A stretch of DNA of 64,000 nucleotides, from assembly GCA_033763315.1 (NCBI GenBank), contig JANRKS010000006.1, forward strand, positions 223,568 to 287,567, written 5' to 3'. The DNA is from Deltaproteobacteria bacterium. GTDB taxonomy: Bacteria; Myxococcota_A; Polyangia; Fen-1088. The position numbers were made by a program, and so were the translations under genes. Under the pieces are notes generated by a model that saw only the letters and a list, made by a program, of their open reading frames with translations, searched no databases and was not told the origin of the DNA. Below, piece by piece: positions 11,566-22,165 of the stretch. Position 1 is the stretch's first letter, and each line of letters starts with the position of its first letter.

Positions 11566-13842
11566 GTGAGCGCTCCTCTGCACGCAAATAACCGACGCGC
11601 CCAATCGCTGGCTGTGATTCGACAAAACTGGAAGCTTGGGCTGGCCCTGGCCGTCGTTCTGGTGGTTGCGATTGCTTTTCCCCTCGTTGGTGGTGCCGTC
11701 GCAAAGCGTATGGTGATCCGTAAGGCGGCTTCGCGCCTTGGCCCACCATTGATGATCGGCAGCGCGCGCGCAGGCTTGTCGCAAGTGTCGCTTTATGATG
11801 TTTCGCTCGACGATGGAGCAGGGGTCAAAGCCACTGTGGCTCGCGTGACCGTGCCATGGGCCGCGTTGTGGGGTGGGGGCACCGTTTGGGTGGAAACGCC
11901 TTTTGTGCAAGCGCCTTCGTTCGAGGCCCTTAAACGCATTCGTCGCTCTGCAGCCTCCAGCAACAGCGGCCGTGGTGACGCCAAATCGCGCGCTTGGCCT
12001 GCGGTGGGTGTGGCGCATGGGCGTGTGCTTGTGGGTGAAGAAGACAGCAAGGTTCTGTGGGGTGAGCAGATTCAAGCGCAGCTCACGCCCGGCCACGAAG
12101 CCGTCGTGAGGGTGGCGAATCTACAAGGCCAATTGGCTTCTCTGCTTGGCTCCAGGCAAACACAGATCGGTGGCTTTGGCGCCCGTCACTTACTCGTATC
12201 GGTGCCGCTGGATGGCCTGCGGCCGCGCGGCGTTCCGTCTTTGTCGGTCACCGATGGATTTGTGCAAGCGCTGCCTTCGCTGGGTTTGTCGGGCATCACA
12301 GGGCAGGTGGCGCCGAAGCGCACCGACGCGAAAGACACAACGGCGCGCGCTTTCAGCTTGGTGTTCAGCGGCAGCTACGGTGGCGCACGCGAGAAACTGT
12401 GGAATGCGGCCGGCGAGTTTGAGCTCGGTCAAACGTGGCAACAGTCGCAGGGTACGTTTGGCTTGCGGGCCGAACGATTCACCTTGGATCGAATCAAAGA
12501 CGTTTTGCCGCCGACGGTGAAGGCGCCCGAGCGGACGAGCATCGACGGTGGGCTTGGGGTGCGCCTTGCCAACGGCGTGTTCGAGATCAAAAGCAATTTG
12601 GATGTGGTGGATTTGAGCTTGTTTCACAAGGCGCTCTCATCAACCCCGGTGGAAAACTTGTCGGTGTCGTTGCGCGTGGATGCCACGCTCGATCCCGCTG
12701 CCCGCGTTCTGCAAGTGAAGCAAATCGAAGGCAGCCTACGTGATTTGGTCGGTCGGCTTTCGGGACGCGTGGAATTGGCGCAAGGATCGTATGCCTTCAA
12801 AGACGGCCGCACGTGGCCGTGGATGCCAAAGATCAACTTGGTGGTTGATGTGCCCAAGCTGCCTTGCCAAAAGCTTTTGGCCAGCTTTCCCAAAGCTTTG
12901 GTGCCGCGGCTGTCGGGCTTTTCATTGAATGGCAGTTTCGAGACGCACTTGGAATCGTCCATCGATTATGCCGACCTGGAGAATGTCACTCTTGAAGGCA
13001 AAGTGGGCATCGATGGCTGCAAGGTGCAGCAGGTGCCCGTTGACGTGGCCGATCTGGCTGATGCCGATCGGCCTATCACCCACGTGGTAAGCGTGCCGCC
13101 GCCCTGGGACGAAAAAAGCAACGAGGCGCAAGAGCTTGTGTTCGTGGTGGGGTCAGACAGCGAAGACTTTGTGCCCTTTGCTGAGGTGTCGCCGCATTTG
13201 GTGAACGCTTTTCTCACCACGGAAGACAGCGCCTTCTTTAAACACCGCGGCTTTGCCACGCGTGAGTTTCGAACGGCCTTGAAGCGAAACCTAGAGGACG
13301 GCCGCTTCAAGCAAGGGGCTTCCTCCATCACCATGCAGACGGTGAAGAACCTGTTGCTTTCGCAAGAAAAGACGCTGTCGCGCAAGCTGCAAGAGCTGTT
13401 CTTGGTGTGGCACCTTGAGCAGGTGCTCACCAAGGAGCGCATCATGGAGCTTTACCTAAACGCGATCGAATTCGGGCCTCGCGTTTATGGCATCGGCCCG
13501 GCCGCACAACATTATTTTGGCAAGAAGGCAGCGGAATTGAATCCGGTGGAAGCGGCGTTCTTTTCGTCAATCTTGCCGAGTCCGAAGCGCCGCTATGTGC
13601 ATTACTGTCGCGGCCAAGTTTCGCCGTCTTGGGATAAGTATGTGCGCCGCATTTTGGGCTTCATGCACAAGCGTGGCCGTTTGACAGATGAGGAGCTGCA
13701 ATCCGCCCTCGAAACGCCATTGGTCTTCGATACGCAAGCGCGCACGATGACGGAGAAACAGTGCCTGGATTGGGTGTCTCGCGTCACCGCCAATCCGAAA
13801 CCGGAAGCCGAGCCCCCCGTTGAACCCGAAGCGGCGGAATGA
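11566..13842 (+). CDS. Monofunctional peptidoglycan transglycosylase (GT51) with long N-terminal beta-rich region
   Basis: EDSAFFKHRG, GASSITMQTVKNL, RKLQE, ELYLN motifs; no transpeptidase domain. Confidence 0.85.
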   Translation: MSAPLHANNRRAQSLAVIRQNWKLGLALAVVLVVAIAFPLVGGAVAKRMVIRKAASRLGPPLMIGSARAGLSQVSLYDVSLDDGAGVKATVARVTVPWAALWGGGTVWVETPFVQAPSFEALKRIRRSAASSNSGRGDAKSRAWPAVGVAHGRVLVGEEDSKVLWGEQIQAQLTPGHEAVVRVANLQGQLASLLGSRQTQIGGFGARHLLVSVPLDGLRPRGVPSLSVTDGFVQALPSLGLSGITGQVAPKRTDAKDTTARAFSLVFSGSYGGAREKLWNAAGEFELGQTWQQSQGTFGLRAERFTLDRIKDVLPPTVKAPERTSIDGGLGVRLANGVFEIKSNLDVVDLSLFHKALSSTPVENLSVSLRVDATLDPAARVLQVKQIEGSLRDLVGRLSGRVELAQGSYAFKDGRTWPWMPKINLVVDVPKLPCQKLLASFPKALVPRLSGFSLNGSFETHLESSIDYADLENVTLEGKVGIDGCKVQQVPVDVADLADADRPITHVVSVPPPWDEKSNEAQELVFVVGSDSEDFVPFAEVSPHLVNAFLTTEDSAFFKHRGFATREFRTALKRNLEDGRFKQGASSITMQTVKNLLLSQEKTLSRKLQELFLVWHLEQVLTKERIMELYLNAIEFGPRVYGIGPAAQHYFGKKAAELNPVEAAFFSSILPSPKRRYVHYCRGQVSPSWDKYVRRILGFMHKRGRLTDEELQSALETPLVFDTQARTMTEKQCLDWVSRVTANPKPEAEPPVEPEAAE

Positions 13843-13985
13843 AGCCTAGCGGTTGGCCTTGAGCGTGTTAGAAAAACAGCGTTGGGGGCGGATAGACCGC
13901 CCAGGCATTTGGCTCGCGGTTGATGGCTTTGAATGACGAATTTTCTTCTGTGGATACAAGCGATCGGGACCCCCGGCGCCGAGGC

Positions 13986-16430
13986 ATGGGCCACATGGCT
14001 GTGAAAAAAACGCCTGGAAAAGCGGGGGGCAAGAAGGGCAGTAAGACGGCCGGCAAGCGCGGCGGGTCGGGGGCAACGTGGGTTCGGCGTGTGCTGCTCG
14101 CGGGCGTCGCCGTGGCTGTGGTTGGGTGTTTGGGCTTGGCTGGCTTGTTGGTCTATTATTCGCAAGACCTGCCCTCGCTCGACGCGGTTCGCGATTTTGC
14201 ACCGAAGCAGATGATGCGCGTGCTGGACCGGCAAGGGGCCGTGATCGGCGAAATCGGCGAAGAGCGCCGCACGGTGGTTCCGTTTGCCGAAATCCCGCCC
14301 ATTTTGGTGAAGGCCGTTGTGGCGGCCGAAGACACGTCATTTTACGAGAACGCCGGCCTCGATGTTCGCGGCATTGCCCGCGCGTTCATAGAAAACGTCA
14401 TTCGTGGGCGCACGGCCCAAGGTGGTTCCACGATCACGCAGCAGGTCGTCAAGCGTTTGCTGTTGACGCCTGAGCGCACCCTGGCCCGCAAATTCAAAGA
14501 ACTGATCTTGGCTTATAAGCTCACCAAAGGTTTGAGCAAGAACGAGATCATGGAGATCTATTTAAACCAGATCTACTACGGGCATGGTCGTTACGGCTGC
14601 GAAGAGGCGTCACAATATTTCTTTGGCAAATCGGTGCGCAAAATTGACGACGCCGAGGCCGCGCTGTTGGCCGGCCTGCCACAAAGCCCCGAACGTTTGA
14701 GCCCTCTCAAACATCCGGAGGCTGCGAAAACGCGCCAGCGCTATGTGCTTGGGCGCATGGCAGAGCTGGGCGCTCTGCCGCGCGAGCGCGCGGAGTTGTT
14801 GGCGAAGCAACCGATCAAGATCACGCGCACGGATATGTCGACAGCGGAAGCGCCAGAGGCCATGAGCGTCGCACAACGGGTGGCGGTAGAACGATTGGGC
14901 GATGGCGCTTTCAAGAAAGCCGGTGGCACGGTTCAAACGACGATCGATCTGAAGATGCAGGGGTGGGCGCGCGATGCGCTTGAACACGGCTTGGAAGCGT
15001 TGGACGCGCGTCAAGGTTACAACAAAGCCCTGCGGCGCCTCAAGGGCCCCGCCATCGCCAAATTCATCGCCCAGGCCGCGCACGAGGGTTTGCCGGCAAC
15101 GCCCAAGAACAAAAAAGGCGCGGCGGCCGCTCCACGCGACGCAAAAAAGGACGCCGAAGCGCGCCGGCAAACATTGGCCACAGGCCAGATCGTCGAGGCC
15201 GTGGTCACGAAGGTGGAGGCCGCAACTCTCACCACGCCACCGCGGTTGTTTGTAGACGCAGGCCACGTCGCCTTGGTTGTGGATCTGTCGCGCGAGAGCC
15301 GGTACGCGCACGGAAAAACGCCCCTTACGGATCGATTCGCGCCCGGCGATGTGGTGCGCGTTCAATCCGAGGGTCTACCAGCGGAGGCCGATGCGCCGCT
15401 GCCTGCGCATCTTGAACTGGGACCACAAGCAGCGATGGTGGTTCTTGACGTCGCCACGGGCGAGATCCGCGCGTTGGTGGGTGGCTACGGCTACCGCGCC
15501 GGCCAGTTTGATCGCAGCCAGCAAGCACGGCGGCAACCCGGCTCCGCGTTTAAGCCATTCGTCTACGCAAAGGCGATTGAAACGCGGCGTTTCACCGCGG
15601 CGTCCGTCTTGAACGACGCCCCCGAGGTCTACGATCTGTGGAAGCCAAAGAATTACGAGAAAGAGGCCTTTCGCGGCCCAGTGCGGCTGCGCGTGGCTTT
15701 GGCGCATTCGATCAACACGGTGGCCATCCGCTTGCTGTCGGAGATTGGTGTGCCCGCTTTGAAAGACATGGCCGTTCGCGTGGGCATCACTTCGCCCATT
15801 ACAGAAGACATGGGCCTGTCCTTGGCGTTGGGATCGCTTACCGTCACGCCACTGGAACTGGCGCAAACCTATTTGCCCTTCTTCAATGGCGGCCAACGCA
15901 TGAACGCGCGCCTCGTTACGAAGGTGGTGGATCAAGCTGAACCGGTCGCTCCATCCTCGAACGCGATGGATCCCGAAACCGCGTTCGTTGTTTTGTCGAT
16001 GATGAAGAGTGTGGTGCTCGAGGGCACCGCGCGTGCGGCCACGGCCTTGGGCCGGCCCGTGGCGGGGAAAACCGGCACATCCAATGGGCAGCGCGACGCT
16101 TGGTTCGCGGGCGCCACAGCTGACCTCTTGGCGGTTGTTTGGGTGGGCTTCGATGACATGGAGAAGCTCGGGCGCGGCGAGACCGGTGGCGGCGCGGCGT
16201 TGCCTATTTGGATCGACTTCATGACCAAGGCTTCAGCGGGCCAGCCGGTTCGCGATTTCTCGCAGCCTGCGGCCATCGAAGTGCAAACGATCGATCCCAA
16301 GACGGGTCTGCTCGCTGCGCCGGGAACCGAAGGCGTCGAAGAGGTGTTTTTGCCGGGGACGGCACCGAAGGAAACAGCTGCCAGTGACGGTGAGGGCGCG
16401 ACGCCCGATGAGATGCTTTTGAATCAGTGA
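13986..16430 (+). CDS. mrcA: Class A penicillin-binding protein (PBP1A)
   Basis: GT51 motifs (AAED, GGSTITQQ) plus transpeptidase SAFK, SIN, KTGT. Confidence 0.9.
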   Translation: MGHMAVKKTPGKAGGKKGSKTAGKRGGSGATWVRRVLLAGVAVAVVGCLGLAGLLVYYSQDLPSLDAVRDFAPKQMMRVLDRQGAVIGEIGEERRTVVPFAEIPPILVKAVVAAEDTSFYENAGLDVRGIARAFIENVIRGRTAQGGSTITQQVVKRLLLTPERTLARKFKELILAYKLTKGLSKNEIMEIYLNQIYYGHGRYGCEEASQYFFGKSVRKIDDAEAALLAGLPQSPERLSPLKHPEAAKTRQRYVLGRMAELGALPRERAELLAKQPIKITRTDMSTAEAPEAMSVAQRVAVERLGDGAFKKAGGTVQTTIDLKMQGWARDALEHGLEALDARQGYNKALRRLKGPAIAKFIAQAAHEGLPATPKNKKGAAAAPRDAKKDAEARRQTLATGQIVEAVVTKVEAATLTTPPRLFVDAGHVALVVDLSRESRYAHGKTPLTDRFAPGDVVRVQSEGLPAEADAPLPAHLELGPQAAMVVLDVATGEIRALVGGYGYRAGQFDRSQQARRQPGSAFKPFVYAKAIETRRFTAASVLNDAPEVYDLWKPKNYEKEAFRGPVRLRVALAHSINTVAIRLLSEIGVPALKDMAVRVGITSPITEDMGLSLALGSLTVTPLELAQTYLPFFNGGQRMNARLVTKVVDQAEPVAPSSNAMDPETAFVVLSMMKSVVLEGTARAATALGRPVAGKTGTSNGQRDAWFAGATADLLAVVWVGFDDMEKLGRGETGGGAALPIWIDFMTKASAGQPVRDFSQPAAIEVQTIDPKTGLLAAPGTEGVEEVFLPGTAPKETAASDGEGATPDEMLLNQ

Positions 16431-18418
16431 CCGGCCGCGCGCCCTTGCGAACGCCAGTACATCTTTAAGCGCTCCAACATCGCTTCCGCGTCCGTGGGTT
16501 GTGTATCGGCCAGATTGTTCTTCTCCGCCGGATCTGTGCGCAAATCGTAGAGTTCAAGCGCGTTCGTCTCGGGTGACCAGATAAGTTTGCGCGCGCCCTC
16601 AAACCAAGCAATCTTGTGCGCGTCGGTGGTGTCATCAGGCAAGGTGGAAGCGATGACGGGTGCGGGTGTGGGGTGTTCCCCTGTTTGCAGCAAAGGCAGC
16701 AAGCTTGGACCACAGACGTGGCCGGGCAGGGGCAACCCGGCGGCTTGCAGCATCGTTGGCATCAAACTGACGTTTGAAACAATGTCATCATAGCGGCCGG
16801 GCACCACGCCGGGGCCCCACACCAAAAGGGGCACGTGAAGCTCTTCTTCATACACGGTCCACCCGTGGCGAGGATTCTTATGCTGAAGGAACGCTTCGCC
16901 GTGATCGGCCGTGATGAACACCCAAGTCTTCTCGCGCCGATCGGGGCTGGCAACGAAATCCAACAGGCGCCCGAGTTCGCCGTCCACAAACCGCAGCGAT
17001 TGCGCGTGCCGCTCGCGTTCGGTGAGCTTGTCCACGGAAGTGCCTGGACCCACAGAATAAGGGTAATGCGTGTCGAGGATGTGCGTCCAAACGAACCGAG
17101 GGGGGGCTGAATTCGGCAAGGGCAACATGTGCCCGATGATTTCGTTGATCTTGTAATTCGTTTCGTAATGATGCTGCTTCACGAACTTGGTGGAAGAGGT
17201 TAGTTTGCGCGTGAACCCCAGCAGCGCGTTGTGCTCCGATGAAAAGATGCGCGGTTCTGAGACAACGGCGATCGTGTCGTATCCGGCGTCATGCAGGTAA
17301 GTGGTGAGCGTCTTCTGCTCAAGCGCGAATGATAGGCCCCACTTGGTGGCGGCTGGCGCGGCTGGCAGGCTGGCGTCCAACCCCGTGAAGATCGCGCGAA
17401 AGGCTTGGCGCGTCCAGGTGGCGGGTGTGTAAGCGCGGCTGAACACGGCGGCGCGCTGGGCGTGTTTGGCAAGCGCCGGCGTATTGTTCGTCGAAGGGTC
17501 GGCAAAGCTTGTGTGGTCCCAACCCACGCCATCGATCGTGATGAAGATGATGTCGGGTGCATCGGCGGGCGCGGGACCCAAGGTGGCGGGCGGCGCCACG
17601 CCCGGGTGGCACGTGTTGATGTTCGAAGGCCAGGTATGTTGGGCTGGCCTTCGCGTGATGAGCGGCAACCATTTCGATGTGAGTTCGCGTTGGCGCAAAA
17701 ACGCGGTGGTCAACTTGTTGGGCAGCGGCGTGCGCACGTGAAACGCGGCCAGGCCCACAAACACCAACGCCAAAGCGAACACAGTGCCCTTTGACCAGCG
17801 TGAACGCCCCGCAAGATGTGCCAGCATCCAAACGCAGACGGTGACCGCGAGGCTTTCGGGCAACCACCCAAGGTTCAGATAGTAAAGCGTCAACGAGACA
17901 TCGGGCCACAACAGCACCAACCACAAAAGCAGCACAATCACAGCGCCCCAAGCTTTTGCGGGCTGGCGCAGTTTTCGAAACACGAAACGAAGCGCCCACG
18001 CCAGAACCACGAGGAGCAGCAAACCGATCCCGGCGCCTGCGGCCTGGGCCGCGGCCTCGAGACGCGAAAGGCGTGGCACCAACACTGTGGCCGCCGCGCT
18101 AATGGCCAAGCACGCGGCGCCGCTGGGCGCAAACGTCGCGGAGGCTCTGAGGAGGATCCAAATTCCATGCCCAAGCCGCAGAGATTGTTCAGCCACGCGC
18201 AAGCCCACCGGCATGAGCACCAACGCTACGAATGCGGGCACGGTCGCGGCCACGCTTGCCGCCGCCCAGCCTCGTGCGCTTCCAATGCCCGTCGCCGTCA
18301 CTTCATAAGCGCCCCACAGCGTGCAGCAGGCGGCAGCTGCGGCGAGGGCGTTGAGCACCAGGGAAAGACGCGTACGTTGCAAAAGAGGGCCGTGAGAAAG
18401 GCTTGGCGCTTGTGCCAT
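16424..18418 (-). CDS. Membrane-anchored sulfatase-like hydrolase/transferase
   Basis: Several N-terminal TM helices; 'IIFITIDG', 'TADHGEAF', 'HG.TVYEEELHVPL', 'ELYDLRTDPAEKNNLA'. Confidence 0.85.
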   Translation of the reverse strand: MAQAPSLSHGPLLQRTRLSLVLNALAAAAACCTLWGAYEVTATGIGSARGWAAASVAATVPAFVALVLMPVGLRVAEQSLRLGHGIWILLRASATFAPSGAACLAISAAATVLVPRLSRLEAAAQAAGAGIGLLLLVVLAWALRFVFRKLRQPAKAWGAVIVLLLWLVLLWPDVSLTLYYLNLGWLPESLAVTVCVWMLAHLAGRSRWSKGTVFALALVFVGLAAFHVRTPLPNKLTTAFLRQRELTSKWLPLITRRPAQHTWPSNINTCHPGVAPPATLGPAPADAPDIIFITIDGVGWDHTSFADPSTNNTPALAKHAQRAAVFSRAYTPATWTRQAFRAIFTGLDASLPAAPAATKWGLSFALEQKTLTTYLHDAGYDTIAVVSEPRIFSSEHNALLGFTRKLTSSTKFVKQHHYETNYKINEIIGHMLPLPNSAPPRFVWTHILDTHYPYSVGPGTSVDKLTERERHAQSLRFVDGELGRLLDFVASPDRREKTWVFITADHGEAFLQHKNPRHGWTVYEEELHVPLLVWGPGVVPGRYDDIVSNVSLMPTMLQAAGLPLPGHVCGPSLLPLLQTGEHPTPAPVIASTLPDDTTDAHKIAWFEGARKLIWSPETNALELYDLRTDPAEKNNLADTQPTDAEAMLERLKMYWRSQGRAAGH

Positions 18419-18427
18419 CGCAATTCG

Positions 18428-21400
18428 TTACGCAGGCCCCGCGAGGTAGCGCGAGAACATCGCAAACTCGTTTGTCGCCGACCAACACAACAGATCGCGA
18501 AGCGCTTCGAATTGCCCGATCGTGTTGCCCAACAGCCGCTCTTGCGCTGCCAAGCCAACGGCGGTCACGAGATCTTTGTTCATCAGCAACCCTGCCCGGT
18601 TTGTGGTCAGGGCCACACCACGAAGCCACGTTGTGGTATCAGCCGCTTGCGGCACGGCGCGCGCCGCGGCCGCCATGCTTTCGCGCGCGGCCGGTGACAG
18701 ATGCGTCGTGAAATGTTCCACATACTGCGCGACCAAGGTTTGGTGATCGGAGGGCGCCGACAATGACCGCCCGGCCACGTGCGCCGCCGCCACCAAAATG
18801 GAGCGCAATTCCGCTTGGCCCGATGTGAGGTTGGGCCAAGTGACCAAATGCTCGGGCCGTAACCGCGCAAGCATGCGGCCCGCGACGAAAGCAAACGCGG
18901 TGTCACTGCGCGTTTCGAAAAAACGTCTGCCAAGCACCAATGCCATTTTGGTTTCTCTGCCGCAGCTCACCGCAATCAAGTCGCTGTGGCCGTCGAAGCT
19001 TTCGTTGACCACCAGCGCTGGCAAGTCCACGCCAATCACGGCGGCCAAATGCTGCACCCGAATGACGTAGGCATGCGCGTGCAAACCCGGCGTGCTTTCA
19101 CCGTTCCAACGCGCCGGCAGTCCCCATTGCTTTGGCGGCCGCGCGTGTGCTTGCGCCACGCAAGGTGCCACGTGCGCCAAGAGCGTGGACACCGCTCGGC
19201 TCTCGTCGTTGTGATAGATGTGACGGAACCAGGCGGATTCGCGCAAAGACGCGCAAGGCGGCACAAAGGGCAGGGCCGCCGCCCGTTGGACCAAATCCGT
19301 TTCGGCGTCGGTGGCTTGCCCCACCAGCACCAAGCCAGCGCTCGAGTTGAGCGAACGAAGCAAATCACCCATGCGCGAGAACACACGTTGCAAAGATCGC
19401 AACGCGGCCACCAACTGCGGGACGTTCTCCGCCTGCGCGAGCAGGTTCACATAAATCTGCACAGCCCGCTCTGCACCCGCCGGGTCCGCTTGTTCATAGG
19501 CCCGCGCCAGACGATCCAAAGAGGCCGGGCTGCGCTTGAGGTTTGCCAACACCTGCAACGCCACCTGGGCTTTGTCGGGCGAGCGCAACGGACCTTCGTA
19601 AAGGCGCGCCAACGATTCCCATACCTGCACTTCTTGGTCCTGCGCATCACCCCGCGCGCAGATGCGGTTCAAGCGTCGGCGCAGGTGACGTTCGTGCCCC
19701 TCGGCATCGCCGCTGGCCACGAGCAAACCCTCGATCCGCTTGGCCAGCTTGTCGTCGCTCGGCGTGATTTCCAACGCGCCCTCAAAGAGCATGATGGCCT
19801 TGGGCACGTCGTTGCACTGATGCTGTGCGATCTTGCCTGCCGTGCACAGATACTTCGCGCGTGGAACGCCAGTGGAAAAGGCCGCCAACCGCGACAACAC
19901 AGACAGCGCCAAAGGCCACTGCTGTTGCTGTGTGTGCAGATCCAGCAGAGCGTGCAGCAACGTCAGCGATGTTGGTACGTGCAGCAGCGCATGCTGCAGG
20001 ACCGTGACGGCGCCCGCCAAATCCTTCGCTTCATCACGCACCCACGCGGTGATCTGCAGCGCGTGTTGCACCTTCTGTTCATCCGATGGCGAGCGATCAA
20101 ACGTGGTCCACTTCCACGCCACGGCCTCGCTCAATGTGCCCATCGCATGGTACGCCGTCGCGATGGCAGCCATTGCATCGACGTGACGGGGATCCGCCGC
20201 CAACGCCGCTTTGAAAGCTTTCAGGGCCGAAGCGGCGTTGCCCAAAAGCAAACACGCATGCCCGAGCGCCATATTGGTGAGGCATCGCTCTTGTGCTGAA
20301 AGCGCGGGCTCCGCCAACAGCTGCCGCGATAACGTGGCCACTTGTTGTGACTGGCCCGACTCGACCAACGCTGTCACCCAATCCACGCGCCACGCGGTGC
20401 CGGGCGCGGCCAGCGCGTCGGCGTGATGAAACGCAGCCAAGGCCTCGCGCAGGTTTCGTAAACGACTGTGAGCCTGACCTGCCAACGCCACCCAGTGGGG
20501 CGTGGGCGCCCCAAGTCGCGAAGCGCTGGCGATCAGGGCCACAACGTCGTGCCATCGCTCATGTGCAAAAGCCTCATCGATGTTGCGGCCAAGCGTTGCC
20601 TCGTTCCCGGGATCCAGCTGCAGAAGCCGCGCTTCGATCTGCTGTGCCCGCGCGCTGTCGCGCAACGTATCTCGCAGCAGCGTCGCTGCTTCAGAAAAGC
20701 ATGCGATCTTCTCTTCGCGATCGTCCGAAAGCTCGGCCAGCTCCCACAGCGCTTCGGCCAGCGATTCGGCATCGCCCCGCGCGCGGTGCACACCCACCAA
20801 CCCGCGTCGTGCGTTGAGATGGTGCGGCTCGTGTGTCAACGCTTCCGTGTAAGCCGCACGGGCCGCGTCGTTGCGCGCCAGCCGGTTCTGCAGCACGCGG
20901 CCAGCCTCGAACGCCAAGCGCGCGCGCACGTTGCGATCCTGCGCCACTGCGGCGTGCTGCCAACACGTGTCGATGAACTGGTGCCAGCAACCGCGGGCGC
21001 TGTAAAGCTGAGCCAACTCGTCGTAAAGCGATTCCGAGGTTTGATCATCGACGAGCGCCAATTCAAGCGCTGTGCTGGCTTGTTCCAATCGGCCAAGCGC
21101 CTGCCATTTGACACTCAGCTTGAGCGCGATTTGCGTTCGCAATGGTCCCGGCGCTGTGTGATCAAACTGGTGTTGCAAGACCAGCACGGCCACGTCGTCG
21201 CGCTTGGTGGTTTCACAAAGGCGTTCAAGTCGCCCCCACACAGATGTGCGCGCGGGATCGATTTGCAAGGCCGCTTGGCAAGCCGCCAGCGCTTGTTCGT
21301 GATCGCCAAGGCGTTCCTCATAAACGCCGGCGAGGTCTGCCCACAAGCTCGCGGCCGCCGCTCGTTGGCCCGCGTCTGCTTCAGGCTGGGTGCGCCCTTG

Positions 21401-22006
21401 ACGTTCCCACAACGCCAAACGGCGTGAGAGTGTGCGCGCCAGATCTCCCCAGCGGCCTAGCTGTCGCTCCGCTTCCTCAAGCTCACCGAGCGCCGGTTCA
21501 TCGTCAGGCACACACGTGAGGGCGTTTGTTGCCGCTTTGGCGCAGGCCTCCCACGCGGCGTGATTGCGTTGCCAACGCGCAAGCGCGGTCCACGCTGTGG
21601 CCGCGGCCGCGGCGGTGGGTGCGGCCGCGGCGGCGGCTGTGAAACACGCGGGCAGGTCTGCCTGCCTTTGCATCTCGAACGCCAGTCGTTCTGCGTTCGC
21701 AATGGCGTGGTCGTTTGCGGCCGCCTTGACTGCCTCGACATATGTTAGGAACGCGCCTTCAGCGTCACCGATGCGTTGCTCGAACACCCACGCGGCTTTG
21801 CTGAGATCGGAGGCGCGCGCCTCGGCGCTGACCGCCTCGCGGGCCAGCAGCAACTCAACCAGCTCAGGCCACGCTTGCTGGTCTTCGTAGAGCGACTCAA
21901 GGCCAACGTCATCGCCGTTTACCTCCAACGTGGCAGGACGTGCGAGCGGCGGCAGGGGCGCAGCCGACGGTACACGTTCGTTGGGGTTATGGCCGTGAGA
22001 GCTCAT
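18428..22006 (-). CDS. Large tetratricopeptide-repeat protein (myxobacterial AgmK-like architecture)
   Basis: About 1190 aa of TPR-like helical repeats; C-terminal 'LARLRPEHL...NRAGLL' domain typical of this class. Confidence 0.75.
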   Translation of the reverse strand: MSSHGHNPNERVPSAAPLPPLARPATLEVNGDDVGLESLYEDQQAWPELVELLLAREAVSAEARASDLSKAAWVFEQRIGDAEGAFLTYVEAVKAAANDHAIANAERLAFEMQRQADLPACFTAAAAAAPTAAAAATAWTALARWQRNHAAWEACAKAATNALTCVPDDEPALGELEEAERQLGRWGDLARTLSRRLALWERQGRTQPEADAGQRAAAASLWADLAGVYEERLGDHEQALAACQAALQIDPARTSVWGRLERLCETTKRDDVAVLVLQHQFDHTAPGPLRTQIALKLSVKWQALGRLEQASTALELALVDDQTSESLYDELAQLYSARGCWHQFIDTCWQHAAVAQDRNVRARLAFEAGRVLQNRLARNDAARAAYTEALTHEPHHLNARRGLVGVHRARGDAESLAEALWELAELSDDREEKIACFSEAATLLRDTLRDSARAQQIEARLLQLDPGNEATLGRNIDEAFAHERWHDVVALIASASRLGAPTPHWVALAGQAHSRLRNLREALAAFHHADALAAPGTAWRVDWVTALVESGQSQQVATLSRQLLAEPALSAQERCLTNMALGHACLLLGNAASALKAFKAALAADPRHVDAMAAIATAYHAMGTLSEAVAWKWTTFDRSPSDEQKVQHALQITAWVRDEAKDLAGAVTVLQHALLHVPTSLTLLHALLDLHTQQQQWPLALSVLSRLAAFSTGVPRAKYLCTAGKIAQHQCNDVPKAIMLFEGALEITPSDDKLAKRIEGLLVASGDAEGHERHLRRRLNRICARGDAQDQEVQVWESLARLYEGPLRSPDKAQVALQVLANLKRSPASLDRLARAYEQADPAGAERAVQIYVNLLAQAENVPQLVAALRSLQRVFSRMGDLLRSLNSSAGLVLVGQATDAETDLVQRAAALPFVPPCASLRESAWFRHIYHNDESRAVSTLLAHVAPCVAQAHARPPKQWGLPARWNGESTPGLHAHAYVIRVQHLAAVIGVDLPALVVNESFDGHSDLIAVSCGRETKMALVLGRRFFETRSDTAFAFVAGRMLARLRPEHLVTWPNLTSGQAELRSILVAAAHVAGRSLSAPSDHQTLVAQYVEHFTTHLSPAARESMAAAARAVPQAADTTTWLRGVALTTNRAGLLMNKDLVTAVGLAAQERLLGNTIGQFEALRDLLCWSATNEFAMFSRYLAGPA

Positions 22007-22165
22007 GACGAAGCAGGAACACACCGTGGCCTGTGAATGAGGCCCCGGCCTTGCGTTTTTACACCGCTTCTTCCACGGATTCGCTGTGAGAAACGAGAAA
22101 AATGCCTGCGACTTTAAGCGATGCCTTAGAGCGCGACGCGCGGCGGGCCCTTGCAGCGCTCCGGC

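Noticed and set aside
18986-21427. Long + strand ORFs (437 and 319 aa) and many similar shadow ORFs elsewhere
   Set aside because: Antisense to well-supported genes in high-GC DNA; Arg/His-rich translations without motifs
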